DNA of 64,000 nucleotides. Origin: Camelus ferus. Taxonomy: Eukaryota. The stretch is from positions 11,222,001 to 11,286,000 of the forward strand of contig NC_045711.1 of assembly GCF_009834535.1 (NCBI RefSeq), given 5' to 3'. This document shows, in pieces, positions 36,471 to 51,939 of the stretch; the stretch's first letter is position 1; every line of letters begins with the position of its first letter. The notes below the pieces were generated by a model. It did no database searches, was not told the origin of the DNA, and was given only the letters and a program-made list of their open reading frames with translations. Both the position numbers and the translations under genes were made by a program.

Positions 36471-37644
36471 ACACGTATCATTTTATAATTGCTTCCTGTA
36501 TCCCACCTCATCAGACTGTTCAGGAGCTGGGAGTTCCTAGCAGTTTTTCTCTGACTCGGAATCCCTTTTCTCCCAAACTTTCAAAATCAACAGAAACCCG
36601 CGGCGCATCTCCACATCTCCAGTCGCCCCGCAGTCTCCACCGGGTCCCACTCCCTGAAGCCAGGCCCACGAGGTCGTAGAAACTTCCCGCCAAGGTCCTC
36701 TCCCTTCGTGGCCGATACTGAGACTTCCTTCTCGATTCATTTGCTTGTCATCTGTCCTGAAGCGAAAAGTCAATTAGACATCTCCTTTGACAAGATGACT
36801 GGTAAGGACTTCCCTGTCCCGGTAAGTCCCAAGGACTTTTGTTTACTTCTTTACCCAAGTCGGTGCAGAGAGCGCTGCCTGGGGAGGGCCTTGGGGCGCC
36901 CTGGGTGCGCTCAGCACCCCGGATCCCCGAGGGGTCCCCCGAGGGGTCCGCTGAGCTGCTCCCCCGTCCCTCTTTCCCTCCGTCCCTCTCTTCACTGCCC
37001 CCACCCCATTTCTGCCCTCTCTTTTGGAAGTTAGTTATTATGACTCTTTACCATCTTCATCTCTTTCTAGGGAGCCAGTCCCTCCGCCCAGGGCACTCAT
37101 TTCCCTCTGACACCAGGACCCACCACCTTCTCTTCCCAGGGGTTCCTCACAGTTTCACAGAAGAGCTTACATGTGAGGAGGGGAAAACCAGCAGCCCAGG
37201 TGAGTTCACCACCTTGTCAGCTTTTTAGGGCTTTTACGAACACTTTATTAATAAAGGAGATAAGCCGCTGGCTGCAGGTATTTTCTCAGCGTTTGTCATT
37301 TGCTTGCCTTTGATTTTGTTTTTGACCTTATAGACGTTTATCTGCGTTTTTTTCTCTCTTTTTATGGCCTCTGATTTTGGGCTCCAGGGAAGGGAAGAAA
37401 GGCCTCTTCCCTCTTGAGGTGAGATGATGAGTACACCCATCCTTGTTTTACTCTAGGATTTTCTTGGCTTCATTTCACATTCGAGTATCTGATCCACCTG
37501 GTAGAGAGATGAGTGTCTGATGTCCGTTCTGATGACTGGTTTTCCAGTTGTCCCACAGGCATTTATTAAGGAACCTAATTTTCAACAGTAATGTAAAATT
37601 TTATCTTCATTGTATTGCATATTCTCATATATTTGAACAAACTG

Positions 37645-37791
37645 TTTTTTTGTTTTTGTTTTTTGTTTTTTTTTTTTGGCAGGCGGGAGGTAATTAGGTC
37701 TATGTATTTATTTTAGAGGAGGTACTGGGGATTGAACCCAGGACCTCATGCATGCTAAGCATGTGCTCTACCACTTGAGCTGTGCCCTCCC
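37645..37791 (-). mobile_element. tRNA-derived SINE (Vic-1-like)
   Basis: The reverse complement reads gggagggcacagctcaagtggtagagcacatgcttagcatgcatgaggtcctgggttcaatccccagtacctcc, then acctaattacctccc and an A-rich tail. Confidence 0.85.
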
Positions 37792-37989
37792 AGCTATATA
37801 TTACATATATATTCCCAGCTACATACTTATATTCATACATACACATGCTGGACTTTGGGCTAGAAGAACTGAACTTACAAGAAGCTGTTAATTATTGAGG
37901 AGAGGGACTGGGTGGAAAGAAGAAAGCATTCAGTTTTCACTATGTCTTTCTGTACTCTTCAGCTTTTCTCGTGATGGCATGTATTGCTT

Positions 37990-38300
37990 TGAAAAAAATT
38001 TATTGAAGTATAGTCAACTGACAATGTGTTAGTTTCAAGTGTGCAGCAAAGTGATTCAATTATATATATCTATTATTTTTCAGATTCTTTTCCATTATAG
38101 GTTTTTTTAAATTGAAGTATAGTCAGTTACAATGGGTCAGTTTCTGGTGTACAGCATACTGTCCCAGTCATGCTTTCCATTATAGGTTATTACAAGATAT
38201 TGAATATAGTTCCCCATGCTCTACCACAGGACCTTGCTGTTTATCTATTTAGTTAGTTATCTATTAGAGTTCCCTGTGCTGTATAGTAGGTCCTTGTGCT
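37990..38300 (-). mobile_element. L1 3' tail interrupted by a second L1 3' tail
   Basis: The duplicated TTTCCATTATAGG flanks an inner fragment of about 70 nt at 38102-38172. Confidence 0.75.
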
Positions 38301-39330
38301 TTTTTATTGTCAGAAGGGTTTTCCTGGGTGTTGTGTCATGGGACATTTCTGTTTTCTTTCTATTTGTTTATTTTTCTTAAATCCTAATATTTTAAAACGA
38401 AGATAAGGGGGATTTACTGGAAGATGCTGAGGTACCTCAATCAAAGGAGGTGTCAGGCAACCAGCCTGCAGGAGGAGACAAGCGCTGCTGGGTCTCAGGA
38501 ATTTCTGGAATCAGGGCTGGGATCCGGGAGGTCCTTTCTTGTCTCTGCTTGTCTTGGTGCATCAGCTGCCTTCTCTCCCACCCCGCATAAAATGCGAGGA
38601 ATGAACATGGGTGCCTCGTGCATCGTAATTTCATCTCTTGCGGCTCCTACAGAAGAGAGAGACCGACTTCCTGAGTTCCTATTTAACAGAATTCTCAGGA
38701 GGGACTTTCTTTGGCTTGGCTTGGGTCAGGATCCCCCCTCTCTGGCCCCCTGCCCCATGGGCTCTGGCCGGCTTAGGGGTGTCTCTAAGTTGCTGGCAGA
38801 TCCTCTGGGGTCGCAGAGTTGGAGAACAGTCTCAGTAGAAGGGAGGGTGCTGGGAAGATAACACATTCATTTATCGTTACTCATCCATCCAGTCAACTTC
38901 TGTCAGGCACCTGTTACGCCCTAGGCTCTGTGCTCTGTGCACACAGTCACCCAGCAAGGTCCCAGCCATCAGACAGCTGAGGTCCCAGTGAGGGAGGCAG
39001 GCTGGAAATCAGAGTCCTGGATCCGCCAGACCCACTGTCCCTGTTCACAAGAGGAGTCCCTTCTGTTGTCTGTCGAGGGGCCTCGGCGGGCTGGCTTGGG
39101 GCCTTAGCTCTGTGAGGTGGTGATGGCTGAGAACCGGAGCCAGCAGGCCTGGCCGCCGGGGCGGCTGCAGCTGTTCCGAGTTGCCAGCCAAGAGCCAGTA
39201 GGTGAAGGGAGTGGCTTCCTGTTGAGCTGAGATTTCTGGCTCTGGCTTGGAAGTCAAGACGTCCCCAGAAACAAGCTGTCAGGCAGCCCGTGAGGTTTGG
39301 TGGAATTTTCATTATAAAAAGGCAAAAGCC

Positions 39331-39461
39331 GGGGGAAGGGTATAGTTCAGTTGGTAGAGTGCTTGCTTTGCATGCATGAGGTCCTGGGTTCAATCCCCAG
39401 TACTTCCATTAAAATAATAAGTAAATAAATAAGAACCTAATTACCCCCCCTGAAAAAGAAA
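39331..39461 (+). mobile_element. tRNA-derived SINE (Vic-1-like)
   Basis: ggggaagggtatagttcagttggtagag...ggttcaatccccagtacttccatt...acctaattacccccc, with a flanking duplication ending CAAAAGCC at 39330 and 39476. Confidence 0.88.
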
Positions 39462-41194
39462 AATAAGACAAAAGCCAGGCCTGGATCAGGTGCTTGACTC
39501 CACCACTTCCTTGGCAGGAAGTCTCAGTCCCTCAGGCAATGGTCCTGCCCAGGAAACTTGGAAAAAGACAGAGGGAGTTTCAACTCTGGTCCCATTACTA
39601 GCGGGAAGGGACTGCGGAGGGGGTGTGTGGGGGGCAAGAGCCCCTCCTGGAGACACCTCAGGGGAAGGTTTTCTGACGTGCTGACTCTGCAAGAGTTGCC
39701 CGTGGGCTGCCCACGAGTTACAGCCCCTCTGGAGACTGCCACAAAGTGCTCTCCTGTAAATGTGACAGATGCCTGGAGCCAGCGACCCACGCAGCGATGC
39801 ATGGGCTTGGGCCTCAAGGGATGAGGATTTCTACTCACTGTCCCTCACCCCAAACTGCTCTCCTCCATGCTGGCTGTTGGTCCAAGTGTGGATTTGCCCC
39901 AGCGTGTCTTATGTGATGCAGGGGACATGTGTGTGTGATGTATTGTTTATATGTGATAATAGAAACGGTGGTTAAATTGAGGATTTAGCCAATAGTTTGG
40001 GGACTGGACAGAGATCACACCTGGAGGAGTTGTTCGTAAACCTGAGGACCCTAGACTCTGAGGCTGAGAACTTTTCTGAAGGGCCCCTGCCACCATTACT
40101 TTCGAAAGCAAGACATCAGGTTTCTGTCCTGCTGGGAAGGATAATAGTGCGTCTTCCATTGTAGCAGTGAGAACAAGACCAAAACAGGGTATTTGGGGAA
40201 CTAAATGTGTTGGGAGCTGGCCGGGTTGGTGAGGGGGTGGAAGGCGCTGGTCGCGTGGCCACACCCACCACCCTTGGTAAACAGCGCACCAACTGCTACC
40301 CTTCCGCGCCTGCACCTGCTGCCTCCTGGCGTTAAGGCGGCAAAGGCCCAATTGGCTGCGTCTGCAGAGGGAAGCCAAGAGGTCGCTTTGGGGCCAAGAC
40401 CATGGGGCAAATGGTGAGGAAGCCCTGAGAAAGCAGAGACCACACAGGAGAAAGAGGAGAGAGACAAAGTAGAGAGGAAAGGAAGGCATGAGAGGAGCCC
40501 AGAGTGGACAGAGCAGAGGCGGGAGTGGCTGGTCCCCTGGGCTGCCTTGGCTTCTGACACCAGTCCGGCTTGTCCTAGTCCACGTGTAAACCTCCAGGAA
40601 ACCTGGCTTGTGGATCTGACTTTGTGATGCACAGAAGCTAAGCAACACCTCCCTACAGCTCCCATGGCTTCTGCTTTTCACCTGGTGACAGTTCTGGCGT
40701 CACTGTCTGTTAATAGGTCTCTCCCTCTTTCTTGAGGCCACGGCTTATTCATCTCTTCAAGCAGAGCATCTGGCCCTGTGCGGGGAACCTTGGGGGTGCC
40801 TATTAATGTTTGAATAAAGACCTGCATCTTGGCCCAGCCCTCACCCAGAGGCTGTCAAACAAGCAGCAACCCCGACTTTAGATTCAATACACGTTATCAG
40901 CCACGTGCAGGAGGTGAGCTGGGCCAAGGAGGTTCTTTCTGGGCCTCTGAAGTGGAAAACCAGCAGTGAAAAGGCAGTTAGCTGCGGGAGCAGAGGCTTC
41001 AAGGGCGTGTGGGATGTGGGCAAGTTGCGTGGGTACTCTGGTGCTTGTCGTGGAGGGCCAGTTATGAAGGACCTCACGGGTAGGAGACCCACAATGGTGG
41101 ACATCCTGAGGTTTTGTGACATGTAAAACACAGGTGTCCGTGATCAATAAAGCTGATTATAAGTCTTATGCAGTTGCCAATCTACTTGTATCAC

Positions 41195-41622
41195 TGTAAT
41201 AGGGAGGAACCTTCATATTCCATTACAAGTTAATCGCCGAAGGGATGTTGCCTATAAGCTTAAATTATACGTAATGGCCCATCTCTGGGAACCTTGTCTT
41301 CCAGAAAATGAGCATTAAGCTAAAACACCTATGTTGAGCTCACAGGAAACACCCAGACCATGCCCACCTGTGAATGGCAAGGGGGTGAAATTAACCCATC
41401 CCTCCGGAGTCTGGCCGGAACCAGGGCTTGACCCCCTCCCCTTTTAGTTTAAAAGACGCTGGAATTCCAACTTGGTGAAGATGGCTCTTTGGGGGTCCTA
41501 GTCCACCAGCTTTTTGGTCTGCTGGTTTTCCGAATAAAGTTGCTATTCCTCGCCACAACAATTTGTCACTAGACTTGTTGGCCTGTTGTGCGGCGAGCAG
41601 TGGGAACTTGGTCTTGGTAACA
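41195..41622 (+). repeat. 5' LTR of the provirus (428 bp)
   Basis: Starts TGTAATAGGGAGGAACC, ends GGTAACA, AATAAA at 41533-41538. Confidence 0.88.
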
Positions 41623-44600
41623 AATTTTGGCCAGCCAAGGGTCTTGCTGCTGTGGCCAGCCAGTCCCGGCTGGGGAATTTTCTGGGAAGGCCCTAGCGGC
41701 TGCAGGACCAACTGTCCTGAGGATCTTTCCTTCAAATTTCCCAAAGTGGCACCGGCTGCCCCAGCGCTTGGCAGTTGGAGCCAGGAATCAACTTCTGGGA
41801 GCCAATGGGCTCCATGCAGTAGGGTAAGTGGCTTCAGGGTGTACAGTTTGAAACATTATTTCCTCTCTGTTTAAGGCTTTTTTGCTCCAGAATGAACCAG
41901 TTTGTTTTGTATTTGAGTAGGGTACCCTGAGGAAATAGTTGCTGGATTTTTACTCAGTTTGTGAAATGTTCTCGTTTTTTTTTTTTTTTTTCCCAATGGA
42001 TGCTAGCATTTGTGTGCATCGTTTGTTTGGTTTGCCTTGTACTTGTCTTTAAAAAATGGGACAGTTTCAACTATTTCTAAAGAAAGTCCTCTGAGGTGAA
42101 TTTTGGATGTCTGATTACAGCTAGGAAACCATGACAAAGAGGAAGAGTGTATGACCACGGTACCTGTTCGGATCTCCACCAGGGGTTTAGGCAGGGTCAT
42201 CTTGGGACCCTGTGTACCATGTACTGCCACCTTTGTGTTAATTACATTGTTTGTGTCCCCTGTGTTGGTATATGTAGAACCCCGTGGCCAAACTTGAGAG
42301 TTAATTTAGGGTTTTCTGTTTGTTCTTTGGGTTTCTTGTTTCATTTTGTTTTGGTACTGTTTCTTCATTTACAGCCAAATCAGTTTGATCTTTAAAACTT
42401 TTGCTGGTGTCAAATGGAGGAAAGGAACAGGAAAAGGGGGGGGGGAAAACCTGTCCTCGTCCAGAAGTGGGACGTTCCCAGGGAGAAGAGAAGGGTTCCC
42501 CTTGGTTCCTAAAACCTCCAAAAGCCCCCAAATCACCAAAACCCCCTAAATCCTCTGTGTGGTATTACATTAGGGTGGGAAAAAGTCAAGTTTTCACCTT
42601 AGGTTAAATAAACCCAAGGGAAAATCTGTTCATACAGGAAGAAAGAAAAGAAAAGGAATGAGGGTGAGGTGCCTATCTCTGGCTGAGCTGTTATGCCAAT
42701 ATATCCACCCTTCCACCCCCTCCCAACACTGGGGGTCAGGAGGTGGCCAGACTAGCATCCCCTCCTTACAAGAATCAATTAGAAAATCCTGTGCTGGTTC
42801 CTGGAGTGCAGGGACCTGGTCTGATATTGCCATCTAGGACCCAGCTGGGGCCAGGAGTCACCCCCAGGGCAGGGTAGATTCCCTTGTGCACTTAGGGAGC
42901 CTGCGTGTCAGTGGCCAGCAGGCTGCGTATCTATGGATGCATAGCCCTTTCTTCACCCCAGACTTGTTTAGTTAGAAAGATCGCAGCCCTCCTTACAGGG
43001 AGGCTCCTCTGGGTGGAAGGAGGATGGTCATCGACAAGGCCGGGGAAGAAGCTGACCAGCTCCGCCTCAGACCCAGATGGTCCACCTGAAGCCTGCTTGA
43101 CATCACCCCCAGCTGAACCAAATCGGGACTCCAGTGAGGGAGGAACACCCTTACTGGAGCACTTCACTGTAAGCGCATCTTGGCAGAGCCTTGAAAAGGG
43201 GAACCAAAGCAAAAGAGCTTGAACAAAATTCAAGAAATTCAGTAAAAACCAAATGAAGATTTATAAGGCCAACAGAGCATACTGATGTAGATCCCCGAGG
43301 CCCCTGAAAATACAAAGCGCCCCAGTAGAAGAAAATGACAAAAGTTAGATGGTATGTTTGGAATGAACCCCTCTCAGTTGGTAGATGTTGCTTTTAAAGA
43401 GTTCAGCAGCAGGGCACAAGGACAGGAGATGCAAAAAAAAAAAAAAAAAAAAACCATATTTCTGGCGGTGGCATTGGATTCCTGGAAGGTGAGTCACCCA
43501 AAGAGAGGCAACCACCTTTGGGGAAGGAAGGATGCTCTTACTGTTAGAAAGAAGGGCACTGGGGAAAAAGATTGCCTTAGGCTAAATAGGAAGGAGGGGA
43601 ATAAAAGATGGGAGTCGCTCAGCTGGTAGAAGGAAAGGAACACTGATGAATGAAGAGGCCCGGGGGCTCCCTTGGCCTTAAGGTGCCCAGTTCCAACTTC
43701 CCCACAGGAGCCCCGGGTAAAACTGACAGTGGGGAATGAGCTGATTAACTTTCTGATGCAGGTGCAACATACTGTGGTGAACACCAGTGTGGCACAGAAC
43801 ACACCTCAATCCATCCTGGTCATGAGAGTCCCTGGAGGAGTACAAAATCCTTCATTCTTATACCCTCCAGGATGCCAACTAGGGGACCTCACTCTCAAAC
43901 AGTTTCTTCTATATGCCAGAGTGTCCAGTCCCTCTCCTTTGTAGGAAAGGACAAAGCGAGGGCCATAGAGTAGGGTTTCAGACCTCCCCAGATGGGGTCT
44001 CAACACGGAGGAACCTGCCCCGCCGAGAGCTAGCCAATAGACTTGACTCAAATGCCTTGAGCTGTAGGACATTTCCCATAGCTGCTGGTGTTTGTGGACA
44101 CTTTTTCAGGATGGGGGGAAACCATATCCCACCCAGACAGAAACAGCTTCCAAAGTGGGTAAAGCCCTCCTTGAGGAAATTGTCCTCTGATTTGTATTAA
44201 AGCATTGCAAATTATTTGGAAAATACATTCATCTTGGAGACTACAATCAACAGGAAAAACATGAGAAAATGAATGATGCATTAAAAAGGAGCATTGCTAA
44301 GTATGTCAGGAGACTAATTTAACTTGGGATAAGATCTTGCCAGTTGCCCTGCTATGGATCAGAGTGGTTCCCAGAAGCAGGCTTAAATTAAACTCCTTTG
44401 AAATACTGCGTGGTAGGCCATTCCAGTGTCTGCCCAGGCGGGAGAATCTATAAATGCTCTGAGGGACCTAGCGGTTGCCAATTATGTTAAAACTTTGGGC
44501 ACTGTTGGTCTCTGTTCATGAGTGTGCCTCCAGCAGATCCACCTATCCAAGTGGAGTAGCTTTACATCCTTTCTGACCCTGAGACCGAGTCCTCCTTAAA

Positions 44601-44890
44601 ACCTGAAGAGAACAAGGGCCTGAACTTCAGCTGCCTCCCTGGTGGACAGGACTGCACGTGACACACACTCGCCTGTCAAGCAAGCTACGGTAAAGCTGTG
44701 GATTCATCCCACTTGGGTTAAAGCAGCACCACTGTCCTTTAAAAAATGACCCAACTTCTGAGAGGCCTGGGGACCCTTAGAACCCTTTAGGTTGTGAACC
44801 GTTAGAATACTTAAGGTTGCTCTTCATAATCTCAATACTTATTTTTTTTAATTTCATTGTAGGTGGAGACAGGTTAACCTATTTAATTTT

Positions 44891-44996
44891 TAAAAGCATT
44901 TTATTTTATTATTTTTTAATGGAGGTACTGGGGACTGAACCCAGGACCTCATGCATGCTAAGCCTGTTCTCTACCACTGAGCTATAACCACCACCC
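44891..44996 (-). mobile_element. Vic-1-like SINE inserted inside the provirus
   Basis: 16-bp target-site duplication TAA(C/T)CTATTTAATTTT at 44875-44890 and 44997-45012. Confidence 0.88.
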
Positions 44997-45344
44997 TAAT
45001 CTATTTAATTTTGTCCAGATAAATAGCACAGGAATTTAGTGTAATCACGGTACAAAGTTAAAATTAATAGATAATGTGTTGGGAGATGGAACCAAAATCC
45101 CAAGTTCAATTACAAATTAAGATGACAAAGTGCTGAGGGGTTTCATCAAGTTCAGATAGTTGTAGGTTAAAAAAGCAAAGAGGATTGTACTGCTGACTGA
45201 AATTTAAGGAGTATTCCCTGTCCAAGGCTGATCCATTCATTCCATAATCACCTTTGCTTTGTCCTCATTATGCAGGAAGTAGCCCGGGTGGTCTTTGCCC
45301 CTTTTCCCACAGGACTGTGGAATGGGTCATTGACAGTGGGGAAT

Positions 45345-45771
45345 TGTAAAAGGGAAGAACCTTCATGTTCTATTACAAGTTAATCACTAAAGGGATGTTG
45401 CCTATAAGCTTGAATTATACATAATGGTCCATTTCTGGGAACCCTGCCTCCCAGGTGATGAGCGTTAAGCTAAAACACCTTTGAGCTCCCAGGCAACATC
45501 TTGACCAAGCCCGCCTGTGAATGGCTGGCTGCAGGCGGGATGAAACTAACACATCCCCTCCAGAGCCTGGCCGGAACCAGTTTCTTTTAGTATAAAAGAA
45601 GCCTGAATTTTAACTTGGGGAAGGTGGTTCTTTGGGGGCACTAGTCCACCATATTCTTGGTCTGCTGGCTTTCTGAATAAAGTTGCTACTACCTCGCCCC
45701 AATGACTCATCACTGGATTTGTTGGCCTGTCATGCGGTGAGCAGTACAAGCTTGGTCTCTGACCTTGGACA
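45345..45771 (+). repeat. 3' LTR of the provirus (427 bp)
   Basis: Starts TGTAAAAGGGAAGAACC, TATAAAA at 45591-45597, AATAAA at 45676-45681. The 3' end CTTGGACA is slightly ambiguous. Confidence 0.85.
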
Positions 45772-46641
45772 TGACCTAGTCGTCTTTCATACATACTGCT
45801 CTGTTGGATTAGTGTGAGGAAGCCACGTGTAAGACATGAAAAGTGCTTTGTCCACTACTTTCTACCCCCATGAGGAAACATATGGGTAGCTTCTTAAATA
45901 AAACAGATTCCTGGCTTCCCATCTCTATCATCTTCCTAAATTGAGATTCTTTGGGAATGGAGCCTAGAAATCTGAATTTTAAATAAGCATATCCTGTGAT
46001 TGATTAGGTTGGTCCAAGGAGACTTAGAAAAGACTGCAAGAATCGATTAAGGTGCGTGTGTGTTTGGGGTGGGGAAAACAGTACTTTGATCTGTGGCCAC
46101 AAGGTGGCAGCAGAGAGAGGTAAGGAGAAACTAGCGCCTCAGGCACCCAGAGGGGCTGGGGGTGGGCAGACACTGGGATGGGTTCTGGGAGGAGGCAGGC
46201 CCTGTATTGCTTCCAGGTCTCCTTTGCCAGGTGGAGTCTGTTACTGCAGACGAATCCCCCATAACCGCCTGTCTCATTACCAGATCTTTAGGGACACTCT
46301 GCTTTTGCCAAACTCTGCCGGCAGAAACTGCATTAGTGTGACCTTGGCCAGGCTGTGGGTGGTGGTAATGTGTGTTCCATGTGGGTGATTATGGGAGGCA
46401 AGGGATGTCACCTGCACAAGGGAGCTTACTTAAAGGACACCTGTGCATTGTTGAAAGCAGGGCCTTCCACCTCCCCGCCCACCCTTTGCTGCCAGGCTTG
46501 TGGTTCCAGGTGTTCTTAAAGGACCTATCCACCTGCGCCAGGCCTGCTCCACTCATGAGATTGGGTCTGTGGCTGGGGAGCTGGCCAAAGACCAGGCAAA
46601 GGCTACTGGGATGGGGTGGGGGCAGGGAATACAGGATGGGG

Positions 46642-46820
46642 CAGCTGCCTCTGGGAGCAGCCAAGATGTCCCTGGCTGCAGTAGGGGTGGTAAAAGGATT
46701 AGGTGACAGTCCCCTAACCCAGCCCGGAACTAACACCCTCCTCCCCCTCACTCACGCACCCTGGCCTGCCACCCTCCAAGCCTGCCAAAGCTCAGAATAA
46801 CCCCAGGGCCAGACAGCAGG
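46642..46820 (+). promoter_or_regulatory. CHRNE promoter with E-box and N-box
   Basis: E-box CAGCTG at 46642-46647. N-box CCGGAA at 46724-46729 (GABP/Ets synaptic element) about 95 nt upstream of the ATG, matching the spacing recalled for human CHRNE. Confidence 0.85.
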
Positions 46821-51279
<4,459 letters not shown>

Positions 51280-51933
51280 AGCTGAGCCCGCAGCCGCATT
51301 CCCACCATCTCCAGGAGGAAAGAGATCTTGAGGAATAAGTTGCTGCCACTGCTTTTGTGAGCCTTTCCCCCTGCTGATAAATCTGTCTTCTGTAAACTTC
51401 CCAAGGGGAGTCGTGTGTAAATGTGTGTAGATTCCTGGCCACTGTGCAGGAATCAAGAGTGGGCAGATGGCTCAGGCAGGCTCTTGGAGCCAATCCTCCA
51501 GAAAGCAAGGTCCACCCTCAGTTGAGTCTTGCTGACCTTCCAGTTTTTCTCGGGCCCCAGCCCCATGTGATCCTCTAGCCCTGTGAGCTTCTAAGAGATA
51601 TCTGTCCCCAGATAAGAGGAGACCCCTTTGCAGGAGTTGTACAGAGGGAGGCTGGAGCCAGGAAGCCAGGTCCCTGTATGGCCTTGCCAGGCTCAAGTAG
51701 GCAGGTACCAAATGGCCTCAGGTTTAAGGCTGAGGATGTCCCAGCTCTCCCTCAGTCATTTCCTCTAGGTTTTCTTGGCCCAGCACTGCCCACCAAGAGT
51801 CACCGATTGCAGATTCCATCCCACCCTGCCCCATTCATCCCAGCTCTGCTGGTTTGCCCTGGCTAGTACCCAGGATTGTGAGAGAAAATAGAACAAAGGG
51901 GGGCCTGAAGTGGTGGGAGCTGGTTGAATTGTC

Positions 51934-51939
51934 TTTATT
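51934..51939 (-). terminator. MINK1 polyadenylation signal
   Basis: AATAAA on - about 740 nt beyond the inferred stop codon. Confidence 0.75.

Larger units (their letters stand above)
41195..45771 (+). mobile_element. Decayed, internally deleted class I (ERV1/gammaretrovirus-like) provirus with two LTRs
   Basis: TG...CA LTRs at 41195-41622 and 45345-45771 that align along their length. A polypurine tract AGTGGGGAA precedes the 3' LTR. Flanks TCAC/TGAC form a near-match 4-bp duplication. Remnants: gag (MA-like SPLR*IL about 42086; CA-like LNKIQEIQ*KPNED about 43218; zinc knuckle CSYC*KEGHW at 43533), protease (EPRVKLTVG...DAGATY at 43708-43772) and integrase (IDLTQMP at 44037, VDTFSGW at 44094, WDKILPVALLWIR about 44325). 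No RT or env is recognisable. Confidence 0.9.

Noticed and set aside
38947-39393. 148-aa minus-strand ORF starting MNPGPHACKAS
   Set aside because: Its N-terminus is the antisense reading of the SINE at 39331; no homology recognised.
39947-40681. 244-aa minus-strand ORF
   Set aside because: Starts at GTG, has no recognisable domain, and lies over GC-rich, probably LTR-derived sequence where long open frames arise by chance.
41623-41660. Primer-binding site of the provirus
   Set aside because: TTGGCCAGCCAAGG only partly resembles an Arg-tRNA site (TGGCGAGCCAGCCAGGAG), which is too degenerate to assign.
43672-44300. Possible domesticated retroviral protease or integrase gene
   Set aside because: The protease active site is frameshifted (DAG) and integrase has stops and frameshifts; no intact ORF.
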